Origin: Dehalococcoidia bacterium
GTDB taxonomy: Bacteria > Chloroflexota > Dehalococcoidia > Lucifugimonadales > UBA3495
DNA: 64,000 nucleotides
Assembly (NCBI GenBank): GCA_965243185.1
Contig: OZ251531.1
Coordinates: forward strand, 151,789 to 215,788
Direction of reading: 5' to 3'
Made by a program: the position numbers and the translations under genes. A model generated the notes under the pieces. That model saw only the letters and a list, made by a program, of their open reading frames with translations, did no database searches and was not told where the DNA came from. This document shows positions 35,950-44,685 of this stretch, piece by piece (positions within the stretch are counted from its first letter, which is position 1; each line of letters starts with the position of its first letter).

Positions 35950-36174
35950 CTAATTCCGCGAAAATTCCCGGGGACGGGCCAGATCTATCCCTTCCAAAGG
36001 ACAAGCCGCCAACAGTTCCTTGAAATCCAGGCCGGCATAGTCCGCCGCCGCCGGCATCTTGGCCTGATGCTGCTGGCAATAATCCTCCGGCCCGACGCTG
36101 CGCCGGCAATCCGGCCCGGCGGCCGTTATGCCGGCGCGGTAAGCCTTTTGTCCCCGCTTTTTATCCGACGCCAT
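35950..36174 (-). CDS. Small hypothetical protein
   Basis: 74-aa ORF only. The C-terminus FKELLAACPLEGIDLARPREF weakly recalls AbrB/VapB-type antitoxin tails. Confidence 0.3.
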   Translation of the reverse strand: MASDKKRGQKAYRAGITAAGPDCRRSVGPEDYCQQHQAKMPAAADYAGLDFKELLAACPLEGIDLARPREFSRN

Positions 36175-36281
36175 ATTTACCCCCGGTAGCGTGTCTGAAC
36201 TTGCCCAACAGTCTAGCGCAAAAGCCGTCCCAAAGCAAACTTAACGCTGGATGGGCGATTGCCCGCCCCCATCCCTTAACC

Positions 36282-37667
36282 CTACCCCCGCCGCCGCTGG
36301 TTGCGGTAGTTGGGGGCGGTTATCGCGTGCCAATCTACCATCGCCCCGTCCATCAGGCGGGAGCCGATACGCGGTTTCATCCCTTCAAGTTCCTCCGCGC
36401 TGAACACCGAAGTTAGCACCGTGGGCAGTCGGGTATCGTAGCGATAGACCACAATCTGGTACAGCTTTTCCTCAGCCCAAGGGGTGCTGCTTTCGGTGCC
36501 CAAATCGTCCAGAATCAGCAGCGGCGCCGTCTTGACCTGCTCGAACAGTTCATCGTAGCTGATGGGACTGTCCGGGCTGAAGGCCCCCCGCAAATGGTCG
36601 AGCAGGGCCGGCACAAAGGTATAGAAGGCCGGCCGGCCGCGCCGGATGCTTTCCCCGGCAATGGCTACCGCCAGATGGGTCTTGCCGCAGCCGCGGGGGC
36701 CGGTAAGCAGCAACCAGCCCCTCGGGTGTTCGGCGAAGGCAGCCGTAGCCTGCTTGGCCCGGTTCAGCGTCTCCCGTCCGGCGGCGTCAGCATTAACGCC
36801 GCCCCAAGGGTCAAAGGCGTCAAAAGTCATCCGCTGTCGCATATCCCCTGGTATATCCCCCACCCGCCGCGCCAAACGGGTATTATGCTCCCCCAAGCGA
36901 AACACCCGGGAAAAGCCGCCGGCGGTTTCCATACGGGTACGCAGCCCTTCGTCAAGCCGCTCGACCGGCCCCCGCACGGTGATAATGGTCGGCAGGGCGG
37001 CGTTAAAGCGATGGTTCAGTATCTGAAACAGCTTTTCCTGCGCCCAAGGGGTGGTAGCCTGAACACTCAAGTCATCCAACGCCAGCACCGGCACATTGCG
37101 AACCTGCTCGAACAGGTCATCATAGGAAACCGGATTGTCCGGGGCATAGGTAGCCCGCAGATGGTCCAGCAGGTCGGCGGCCACGATAAAATAGGTGGTA
37201 AAGCCCAATTCAATGCAGCGATTGGCTGTCGCTACCGCCAACTGCGTCTTGCCGCTGCCGCTGGGGCCGGTAAAGGTCATCCAGCCTTGGGGATTGGCGG
37301 CAAAGGCGGCGGCCGCTTCCCGGGCCGCCCGGAACATTCCTTGGCTGACCGCATCCGGCAGCGGCCCCTCCGGACGGATATTGTCCAGGGTGATGCGGCG
37401 GAGTTCGCCCAAGTTGCTGTAGCGATGCAGGGCGGCGACCCGCCCGGCCGGTTCCTGCTCCTGGCAACGGCAGGGAAACGCCTCGCCAAAATCTGGATGA
37501 CCCACCGGCACCCGCTTGCTGACCCAGCCGGCGCCGTGGCAGATAGGGCAAGGCTCCCCCTCCGGCTCCTCCGGGCTGATGCTGGGGATGCCCGCCCTAT
37601 CGCCATTGATAGTCCTCCGGGTACTGGGGTCGGCGATCCGGCGCAGAATGTCGCCCAGGCTTTCCAT
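36282..37667 (-). CDS. DnaC/DnaI-like helicase loader with an N-terminal Zn module and two tandem AAA+ modules
   Basis: CPICHGAGW...CRC, then Walker A GPSGSGKT with Walker B VLALDDL, then a second Walker A GPRGCGKT with Walker B LLILDDL. The two halves align throughout. ATG at 37667 preceded by GGAGAGGA. Confidence 0.8.
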   Translation of the reverse strand: MESLGDILRRIADPSTRRTINGDRAGIPSISPEEPEGEPCPICHGAGWVSKRVPVGHPDFGEAFPCRCQEQEPAGRVAALHRYSNLGELRRITLDNIRPEGPLPDAVSQGMFRAAREAAAAFAANPQGWMTFTGPSGSGKTQLAVATANRCIELGFTTYFIVAADLLDHLRATYAPDNPVSYDDLFEQVRNVPVLALDDLSVQATTPWAQEKLFQILNHRFNAALPTIITVRGPVERLDEGLRTRMETAGGFSRVFRLGEHNTRLARRVGDIPGDMRQRMTFDAFDPWGGVNADAAGRETLNRAKQATAAFAEHPRGWLLLTGPRGCGKTHLAVAIAGESIRRGRPAFYTFVPALLDHLRGAFSPDSPISYDELFEQVKTAPLLILDDLGTESSTPWAEEKLYQIVVYRYDTRLPTVLTSVFSAEELEGMKPRIGSRLMDGAMVDWHAITAPNYRNQRRRG

Positions 37668-38403
37668 TCTCAATCCTCTCCTCTGGCCAAAGAGTAGCCC
37701 CGGCTTTGACGCCAATGCCGGGCGCGGCGGCCGGCGCGCTGTCGGCCGATTTTGCCAAGTCGATTTTGCCCTCGGCCGCCCAACGGCGCAGAATGGCCGC
37801 TATATAGCTCCAACTGCGCTTGTTTTCCCGGATGGCAATGTCAAAGGCGGCGGCAATCCAACTTTCCGGGTAGCTGTCCTCCGCCTCTTGCAAGTAAGCC
37901 GCCATTTGCGGGCCAATCAAGCCGATATTGTCCTCATAAAGGGCGTAGATGTTGGGACGATTGCCGGCCGGCGGTTCCGGGGCGGCCGGCTCCACCGGGT
38001 CGAACTGCGCCCCATCCGACGGAACCGGCGTAGCGCCATCGGCCGCTTGCCGGGCTAAATGGCGGCGGTTGGCGGCGGTGTTCAGCAGGTAGCGGGGGCT
38101 ATCCCCGCCGGCCGCCGGGACGGGCAGCAAGGTTTTGCGGGCAACGGCTTGCGCCAATCCCCGCCGTACTTGTTCCGGCGGATTGCCGCCCAGGGATTTG
38201 ACCCCTTGCCGCAGCGTCGGGTCGTTCAGCAGTTCGTCCTCGCTCAAAGCGCGGATGGCAACCCGCTTTTGGCTCAGCAGCCAGAAAGCGCGCAAAGTTA
38301 CTTTCAGTTCCGCCGCATCCTCAATTTCCGCCAGCAGGGAATTAAAGAAAGGGTCGGGAACCGGCGTGGCCCGGACATTGGCCGGAAAGCCGTTAAAGGC
38401 CAT
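37597..38403 (-). CDS. DnaD-domain replication protein
   Basis: C-terminal pattern IYALYEDNIGLI...WIAAAFDIAIRENKRSWSYIAAILRRW typical of the DnaD/DnaB_2 domain. Its 3-prime end overlaps the loader gene by ~71 nt. Confidence 0.7.
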   Translation of the reverse strand: MAFNGFPANVRATPVPDPFFNSLLAEIEDAAELKVTLRAFWLLSQKRVAIRALSEDELLNDPTLRQGVKSLGGNPPEQVRRGLAQAVARKTLLPVPAAGGDSPRYLLNTAANRRHLARQAADGATPVPSDGAQFDPVEPAAPEPPAGNRPNIYALYEDNIGLIGPQMAAYLQEAEDSYPESWIAAAFDIAIRENKRSWSYIAAILRRWAAEGKIDLAKSADSAPAAAPGIGVKAGATLWPEERIENGKPGRHSAPDRRPQYPEDYQWR

Positions 38404-38405
38404 GG

Positions 38406-39785
38406 CTAAAACTCCTCGTCGCCGCGGCCCAAGGCGTCAAAGCGCACCAAGTTGCTGCGAAACCGCAACTTGACGCTGCCCACCGGCCCGTGCCGGTGCT
38501 TGGCGACGATTATCTCCGCAATGTTGCGGGGATAGGGCCGGTCGGGAAAGTGCTGCTGCCAATCCTCCTCGGTGTAATAGACATCCTCCCGGTAGATGAA
38601 CATTACAATGTCGGCGTCCTGCTCAATGGAGCCGCTGTCCCGCAAGTCGGAAAGCTGCGGCCGGTGACCGGGGCGGCCTTCGACGATGCGGCTGAGCTGG
38701 GAGCAGGTTACGATGGGAATCCGCAAATCCCGGGCCATGCCCTTGAGGGAGCGGGAGATTTCGCTGATTTCCTGTACCCGGTTTTCCCCCACCCGGCCGC
38801 TGCGATTCTGCCCCGGAATCAGCTGCAAATAGTCCACCACCAGCAAATCCAGCCCGTCGGGACTGAGGGACAGCCGCCGCGCCTTGCCGCGCATTTCCAC
38901 GATGCCCTGAAAGGGGGTATCGTCGATATAGACCGGCAGCTCCGACAGTTCGCCGATGGAGTCGTTGACCCGCTGTTCCTCCGGTTCGGACAGCAGCCCC
39001 AAGCGCAGGCGGTGGGCGTCCACTTCGGCATCGCTGGACAGGATGCGGATGCCCAACTGCTCCCGGCTCATTTCCAAGCTGAAAATGCCCACGGTAGCCC
39101 CGTTGCGGGCGGCGCTGATGGATACATTGACCGCCAAGGCGCTTTTGCCCAAACCGGGACGGGCCCCTAATATCAGCATATCGGAACGCTGCATCCCGCC
39201 CAGCAGTTGATCCAGGTCATTATAGCCGGTCATTACCGGAGCGGTGTCATCGAGGGCCGGATCCGCCAGGGCCGCCCGGTCTTCGAGGAACTGGTCATAA
39301 ATCTGCCGCAGGGAAACAAAGCCGCGTTCCGGCTGATTGTCCCGCACCTTGAACAGCACATCCTCGGCCTGCCGCAGGGTAGTCTCCACATCGGCGGTGT
39401 CGGCGTAACCCAAGGCGGAGATGCGGCCGCCGGCGTTAATCAGCCGGCGCATTACCGAAGTGCGGGAAACCAGTTGCGCGTAGTATTCGGCGTGGGTCGA
39501 AGTGGGCGTTACCGAAACCAGATGGCTCAGATACGCCATCCCGCCCACATTTTCCAGTTGGCCGGTGCGCTGCAACTCCCGGGCCAGCGTAACCTGGTCA
39601 ATGGCTTCGTTGCGCTGAAACAGGTCCGTAGTGGCGGCAAAGCACAGCCGGTTTTTCTCCCGATAGAAGTCCTCCGGCTTAATCAGATGGGAGACCTGGA
39701 GAAAGGAATCGCTGTCAATCAGCAGCGACCCGATAACGGCTTCCTCGGCCTCGATGTCGTGGGGCAGCAACTGCTCCGCGTACAT
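38406..39785 (-). CDS. dnaB: Replicative DNA helicase
   Basis: LPHDIEAEEAVIGSLL, Walker A GARPGLGKSA, LVVDYLQL and SQLSR seen. Confidence 0.95.
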   Translation of the reverse strand: MYAEQLLPHDIEAEEAVIGSLLIDSDSFLQVSHLIKPEDFYREKNRLCFAATTDLFQRNEAIDQVTLARELQRTGQLENVGGMAYLSHLVSVTPTSTHAEYYAQLVSRTSVMRRLINAGGRISALGYADTADVETTLRQAEDVLFKVRDNQPERGFVSLRQIYDQFLEDRAALADPALDDTAPVMTGYNDLDQLLGGMQRSDMLILGARPGLGKSALAVNVSISAARNGATVGIFSLEMSREQLGIRILSSDAEVDAHRLRLGLLSEPEEQRVNDSIGELSELPVYIDDTPFQGIVEMRGKARRLSLSPDGLDLLVVDYLQLIPGQNRSGRVGENRVQEISEISRSLKGMARDLRIPIVTCSQLSRIVEGRPGHRPQLSDLRDSGSIEQDADIVMFIYREDVYYTEEDWQQHFPDRPYPRNIAEIIVAKHRHGPVGSVKLRFRSNLVRFDALGRGDEEF

Positions 39786-39792
39786 TGCCCGC

Positions 39793-40242
39793 CTACTCTG
39801 CGGCCTCGGCGATGATGTTGATGGTGGCCTGGATGTCCGCCGACAGGCGCAGGGCCGCGGCGTACTCCCCCGGCTCCCGGATGGGGTCGATGGTGGACAC
39901 CAGGCGGCGGTCGATGTCCCGGCCCAAAGTTTCGGTCAGGGCTTCGGCGATGCGGGTGTCGGTGATGGCGCCGTAGTAGCGGCCGGTGGGCGTAACCCGG
40001 GCCGCCAGGGTAATGGTAGTGTTGTCCAGCAGTTGGGCCAACTCCTCCATAACCTGGGTTTCCCGGGCCCGCTGCTGGTCGCCCGCCGTCTTGATTTTAT
40101 GGGCGCGCTTGAGAATTTCCGGGGTGGCAACTTGGGCCAGCCGCTGGGGAATCAGATAGTTGCGGGCGTAGCCGTCGGCCACCCGCTTGATTTCCCCGGC
40201 GTGGGCCTGGTTCGGCACATCCTGCAAAAAGATGACTTGCAT
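39793..40242 (-). CDS. rplI: 50S ribosomal protein L9
   Basis: MQVIFLQDV...[17 protein letters not shown]. Start set at the ATG at 40242. Confidence 0.9.
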   Translation of the reverse strand: MQVIFLQDVPNQAHAGEIKRVADGYARNYLIPQRLAQVATPEILKRAHKIKTAGDQQRARETQVMEELAQLLDNTTITLAARVTPTGRYYGAITDTRIAEALTETLGRDIDRRLVSTIDPIREPGEYAAALRLSADIQATINIIAEAAE

Positions 40243-40423
40243 AAACCTTTTCCTTTCCTGAAATGGTGAATAGGCGTGGCGGCTATTATACCCCAAAAGC
40301 GGTAACGGGGGAAAGGGGGCGGGCGACGCCGTTTCGTTCCTTTGGGGATGCTGCGGTAATATAAGCAAATAGCGTACCCTTGAAAATCATCCATAATCGA
40401 ACAGAATCCAATGCGGTAAGGTA

Positions 40424-40452
40424 TTGACAAAGTTTCCGCCGCCGGTTACTCT
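40424..40452 (+). promoter_or_regulatory. Sigma-70-like promoter of an orphan short transcription unit
   Basis: TTGACA, 17-nt spacer, TACTCT read directly. Confidence 0.4.
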
Positions 40453-40516
40453 ATTTATAGAGCAAAGGGCGATGTGTAACCCGCCCGGCTCACGAAATCC
40501 GGCAAGGAGGGTGAAA

Positions 40517-40603
40517 ATGGTTAAGGTTTTCGAGCTGAACCACGAATGGATTTTTCCTTGTACCGTCCCTGCCGGCGCGGAATGGCAAGGGGCAACCGAG
40601 TAA
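40517..40603 (+). CDS. 28-aa small ORF with a strong RBS (hypothetical)
   Basis: AAGGAGGGTGAAAATG gives MVKVFELNHEWIFPCTVPAGAEWQGATE*. Coding status is unproven. Confidence 0.3.
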   Translation: MVKVFELNHEWIFPCTVPAGAEWQGATE

Positions 40604-40752
40604 GGATGCCTGAATTCCCCCGGCAGGGCTGGTTAAAAGGCGTAAGTCCCGCAAAGCGCGCCAAGGTAACCAAAGTCTTGGCTGATGAGCTTCAGGAAGG
40701 GTTCATCCGGCAGTGATTGTCGGGAGGGTGGGATAACGCAGCGCAAGCAGGT

Positions 40753-40790
40753 CAGGGCCCGGTAGGTTTATCGGGCCCTGATTGTTTTTG
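40753..40790 (+). terminator. Intrinsic terminator
   Basis: CAGGGCCCG-GTAGGTTTAT-CGGGCCCTG followed by ATTGTTTTTG. A T-run is present only in the plus orientation. Confidence 0.7.
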
Positions 40791-40847
40791 TGGGGAAAAG
40801 GGCGGCCGGCGCTTTCCGCAACGCTGGCAGACAATCCCGGCCGGCTG

Positions 40848-40856
40848 TGGTATAAT
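40848..40856 (+). promoter_or_regulatory. Extended -10 promoter element (TGGTATAAT)
   Basis: Read directly, 25 nt upstream of the ATG at 40881. Confidence 0.45.
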
Positions 40857-40880
40857 GTTCCCGGAGGGTAAATCTGCGCT

Positions 40881-41618
40881 ATGACCACCACTACCATCAA
40901 CGACATCGCTGACTTGGCCCGCATTTTGCGGGAACAACCGGAATGGGCCGACACCATCCGGGGCATCCTGCTGGGCCAGGAATTGATTGAACTGCCGAAC
41001 CGGTTCGCCGAGTTCGTCGAGCTTACGCAGCAGAATTTTCAACTGCTCCGCGAGCAGCAGAAAGCCGATATGGCGGAACTGAAAACCGTGGTGTTCGGTC
41101 TTGAAAACCGGGTGTCCGGCCTTGAGACCGAGGTGTCCGGCCTCAATGTCCGGGTAACCCGTCTGGAGGGGAAAATGGATAACGCTCTGGGGTCTAACTA
41201 CCAGAACAAGGTAGCCCGGAATATGCACAGCATCTTGGGGCAGCATTTGGACTTGACCCGAGTCAAAGTTCTGCGCGGCTATCAAAATGACCCGGACGCC
41301 GACTTTATGGAACGGCTCTACCAAGCCGAGGAACAGGGAATTATCACCCATCAGCAAAGCAACGACCTGCTACTGGTGGATATTATCTGCATCGGCCGCC
41401 GGCGGGCTAACCGGGACGAGGAAATTGCCCTGGCTATCGAAACTTCCGTCACCATTGGCGATAACGATGTTGTGCGAGCGGCCCGGCGGTCTGAAATTCT
41501 GGCCGCCATCCTGAAACTGCCGGCCCAAGCCGCCGTCGTTGGCGATTCCGTTGACCCGCCCCGGACTGCCTTGGCCGCCGACTATCAAGTCTCCGTAATT
41601 CTGCACCCGGACGAATAA
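40881..41618 (+). CDS. Coiled-coil plus restriction-endonuclease-like-fold hypothetical protein
   Basis: Repeats LENRVSGLETEVSGLNVRVTRLEG, then LLLVDIICIGRR...EIALAIETSVTIGDNDVVRAARR. This is the D...E.S pattern I recall from a multi-copy family in Chloroflexota, Cyanobacteria and Deinococcus-Thermus. Confidence 0.6.
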   Translation: MTTTTINDIADLARILREQPEWADTIRGILLGQELIELPNRFAEFVELTQQNFQLLREQQKADMAELKTVVFGLENRVSGLETEVSGLNVRVTRLEGKMDNALGSNYQNKVARNMHSILGQHLDLTRVKVLRGYQNDPDADFMERLYQAEEQGIITHQQSNDLLLVDIICIGRRRANRDEEIALAIETSVTIGDNDVVRAARRSEILAAILKLPAQAAVVGDSVDPPRTALAADYQVSVILHPDE

Positions 41619-41646
41619 ACAAACGCCCGGCAATCCCGGCTCGGCA

Positions 41647-42273
41647 TTACCCTAGCGCCGCCCGGTACTCCTCCGGGGTGTTCAAGTCCCACAATGCTTC
41701 CGGTGTATCCACCTCCGCCCGGTGGATGAATGCCTTATGCCGCTCCATTACCGCCCGCAATCCCTGCGTTTCCTCAGTTATTCCCAACAGGTCGTCCAGC
41801 AAAGCGGCGTCCACAATGACCGGATGGCCGCCTTTGCCCCGGTAGGCGGGAATTGTAATCAGAGCGGCGGCCGCCCGGTGCTGCCGCAGCAGATAGTCCA
41901 GCAGTTCGGCGCGGCGCGGCTGATCCACATTCAGTATCAGGATAGTTTGCGGGTTATGGGCGGACAAAGCCCGCAAGCCGGCTTTAATGGAAGTAGTTTT
42001 CCCCTGCAAATAGTCCGGGTTGACTACCCAGTCGAGGCCGGGGCAAGCCGCCTTTTCCGACTGCAATACTTCCTGCAATTCGGCGGCGCGGTGGCCCAAG
42101 ACTACCATCAGGCAGCCGACTCCGGCGGTATCCAGGGCGGCCAGCTGATGGGAGAGCAAAGTAGTTCCCTGCCAGGGCAGCAGGGCTTTCAGCTGCCCCA
42201 TCCGGCGGGATTCCCCGGCGGCCAATAGCAGGGCCGCCGTTTTCGGATCCTTTGCCGGCTCGATTTCCGCCAT
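41647..42273 (-). CDS. MobA-like NTP transferase (molybdenum cofactor cytidylyl/guanylyltransferase family)
   Basis: LLLAAGESRRMG..K and LNVDQP patterns. Adjacent to xdhC. Confidence 0.75.
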   Translation of the reverse strand: MAEIEPAKDPKTAALLLAAGESRRMGQLKALLPWQGTTLLSHQLAALDTAGVGCLMVVLGHRAAELQEVLQSEKAACPGLDWVVNPDYLQGKTTSIKAGLRALSAHNPQTILILNVDQPRRAELLDYLLRQHRAAAALITIPAYRGKGGHPVIVDAALLDDLLGITEETQGLRAVMERHKAFIHRAEVDTPEALWDLNTPEEYRAALG

Positions 42274-42296
42274 CCCTTATCCGTCCGCCGCCGGGA

Positions 42297-43424
42297 TTAG
42301 ACGCTGACCACGTCCGCCGCCCGGCCGGCCACCCGGTCAATGTACCATTCGGACATCTGCATCGGCCCGCCCTGTCCGCCGCGCCGGGTCATAATGATTT
42401 CCGACATAATGCTGACCGCCAACTCCTCCGGCTGCAAGCCGCCGATGTCCAAGCCGATGGGGGCGTGTACCTCTTTCAGCCGTTCCAGGGGGACGCCCTG
42501 CTGGAGCAGCCGCTGGTAAATCATCAGGTTTTTGCGCCGGCTGCCCATCAAGCCGATGTAGCGGGCGCGGGTAGTCAGCGCCGATTCCAGCGCCATATCG
42601 TCAAAGCGATGGCCCCGGGTGGCTACTACCACAAAGGTGTTGACATTGATGGACAAATGCTGCGCCCATTCGTCATAGCGGGTTACCACCGTCCGCTCGG
42701 CGTAGGGAAAGCGTTCCGGGTTGGCAAACTCCTCCCGGTCATCGACGATAAAGACCCGGTAGCCCAGCATATTCGCCAAATCCGCCGTAGCCTTGCCCAC
42801 ATGACCGCCGCCGACCACCGTCAAAGTGGGCGGCGTGGTAAAGCCCTCGACAAACACTTCCTCGCCGGCCGCCGTGGTAAAGCTGTCCGTTGCCCCCACA
42901 TCAGCCACCCGGCGGGCGGCGGCGATAGCCTGCTCGTCCAGTTCCGGGCGGCCCAAAGCGCCGGCTACCGACCCGTCCAACCGCAGCAGCAGTTTAGCCC
43001 CGAAGTTGGCCGCCCCGGCCGGGGCCTTGACCACCGTCGCCAAGCCTACCGGCTCCCCACCCTCGTAAGCGTCAATGACTTGGCGGCCGATGCCCAGAAA
43101 ATCCCCCGACTGGTAAAAGGGTTCCAAGTAGAAATACATCGTGCCGCCGCAGACCAGACCGTCCCGGGCGGCAATATCCTCGTTCAGGTAATAGTCCTTG
43201 AACTCCGGGCCGCCGCTGTTGCGGAGCATTTCCCGGGCCGCGAACCAGATGTCGCCCTCGACGCAGCCGCCGCCCAAAGTGCCGACGCCGCTGCCGTCTG
43301 GCCGTACCAGCAGCATCGAGCCGGATTTCTGCGGGGTCGAGCCTTTGGTGCGAACCACCGTAGCCAGTACGCAGGGCTGTTCCGCTTCCAGCAGTTTCAC
43401 CGCTTCCTGTATAACTTCCTTCAT
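42297..43424 (-). CDS. XdhC/CoxI-family molybdenum hydroxylase accessory protein
   Basis: N-terminal ATVVRTKGSTPQKSGSMLLV..DG...GTLGGGCVE and a central Rossmann fold VVGGGHVG. Confidence 0.85.
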   Translation of the reverse strand: MKEVIQEAVKLLEAEQPCVLATVVRTKGSTPQKSGSMLLVRPDGSGVGTLGGGCVEGDIWFAAREMLRNSGGPEFKDYYLNEDIAARDGLVCGGTMYFYLEPFYQSGDFLGIGRQVIDAYEGGEPVGLATVVKAPAGAANFGAKLLLRLDGSVAGALGRPELDEQAIAAARRVADVGATDSFTTAAGEEVFVEGFTTPPTLTVVGGGHVGKATADLANMLGYRVFIVDDREEFANPERFPYAERTVVTRYDEWAQHLSINVNTFVVVATRGHRFDDMALESALTTRARYIGLMGSRRKNLMIYQRLLQQGVPLERLKEVHAPIGLDIGGLQPEELAVSIMSEIIMTRRGGQGGPMQMSEWYIDRVAGRAADVVSV

Positions 43425-43558
43425 TTGCCCGCACCTCTAAACCGCTTGCCGTTTCAGCTATAGTTAGATTACCAGATTTTGGCGGAATTGACAAAGGGGG
43501 CAATGCCGGGCGATCGCATATATCTTGCCGCCGTAGGGAGCGGTTGCCCTAATCTGCC

Positions 43559-44634
43559 GATAGCGTTGCATTTTAGGTGGTTTGGTTGAGCAAGCCCCGG
43601 GTTTGCAGCAAAGCCAGCAGGTTATGCTCTGACCAGACCGTCCCCAATCGCTCCCGCCGGCGCAACTCCCGATTGTAGCGTTCCAGGCGGGAAGTAGTCC
43701 GGTAGGCAACCTCTCCCGTAGTCCAATACTGCCGGCCGGCGGTCAATGCCTTGTCCAGCCAGTAAGCGGCGGCGCCCTCGGTCAACTCCATTATTTGACG
43801 GGCATAGCTCTGGGCCGCCGCCGCGCTGTCAGTCAACAGCAGTTGCCGGGCGGCGGCCAAGCCGGCCTTCCCGATATTCCGTCCATATTCCCGCAGCAGG
43901 TGAAAGATACACAGCTGATGCGGCGCCGCCCGGCCGTACACCCACTGGATGCCGGCCGCAATGGCCCGGTCGCCGTCGCTGACCAGATGTCGGGGTGGCG
44001 CGGCTCCGGACTGCTCGGCCAACTCCAGGGCCGCCGCCCAAGGCCCGAAAGTCGCCAAGACCGCCCCGGTTTCGTCCCGGATTACCTTCAATTCCTGAGG
44101 GCCCTGCCGGGTGCGCGTCCATAAACCATCCAGTTCCCACACTGCCCCCGGCAACCGGGGCCGGGTCAAGGCCAACCGCCGCAGCCAGCGACACAAGGTG
44201 CTTTTGACACAACCCACCCACTGCCCCGCTTGGGCGTAACTCAAACCCTGGGCCGCCAGGCTCAAAGCCCGGTCCCGAGTTTTTTTGAGAACCGTTGGTA
44301 ACGAACCTCCGGCCCCAGCAGCGCCGCGCCGCCCGCCAGTTGGCGACATTGCCCACAACGAAACACCGGAACCGCTATCCGGATGGGCCCATAGGACGTG
44401 ACAATGGTGCGCTCATAGCGATGGTGGCGGTGCATCGCCAGAGCGCACTGAGCACATCGGGGCTGATAATGATCCAGGGCTTGTTGCAGCTTCGCCTGCA
44501 ACTGGAGCGGAATTTCCTGCTCCAGTTGGGTCTCCAAATCGTCCAGCAATCCCATGACAGCGCACCTCCCGTCAACCAGCAAGGCCGGCCTTTTCCCCAT
44601 TCTACAACTAAACCACCTAAATCGGAACGCTATC
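43559..44634 (-). mobile_element. Insertion sequence (1076 bp) with imperfect ~30-bp inverted repeats, 9-bp target-site duplication and a two-frame transposase
   Basis: Left IR GATAGCGTTGCATTTTAGGTGGTTTGGTTG versus reverse complement of the right end GATAGCGTTCCGATTTAGGTGGTTTAGTTG. Flanking TAATCTGCC at 43550-43558 and 44635-44643. IS family not assigned. Confidence 0.88.
43573..44600 (-). CDS. IS transposase (orfA 44262..44600 fused to orfB 43573..44358 by a predicted -1 frameshift)
   Basis: orfA has a Zn finger (CAQC...CGQC). An A7 slippery run lies at 44280-44286. The orfB frame continues KKTRDRALSLAAQGLSYAQ (HTH) and then SDGDRAIAAG...IFHLLREY. Confidence 0.8.
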
Positions 44635-44685
44635 TAATCTGCCATCCCGATATTTTCCTGCCCCGCAACCTGTTATACTGCCCTC

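Noticed and set aside
40745-40790. CAGGTCAGG string reminiscent of the SRP (4.5S) RNA conserved domain.
   Set aside because: The GGAA tetraloop and the AGCAGCC 3-prime strand are missing. The hairpin plus T-run fits a simple intrinsic terminator.
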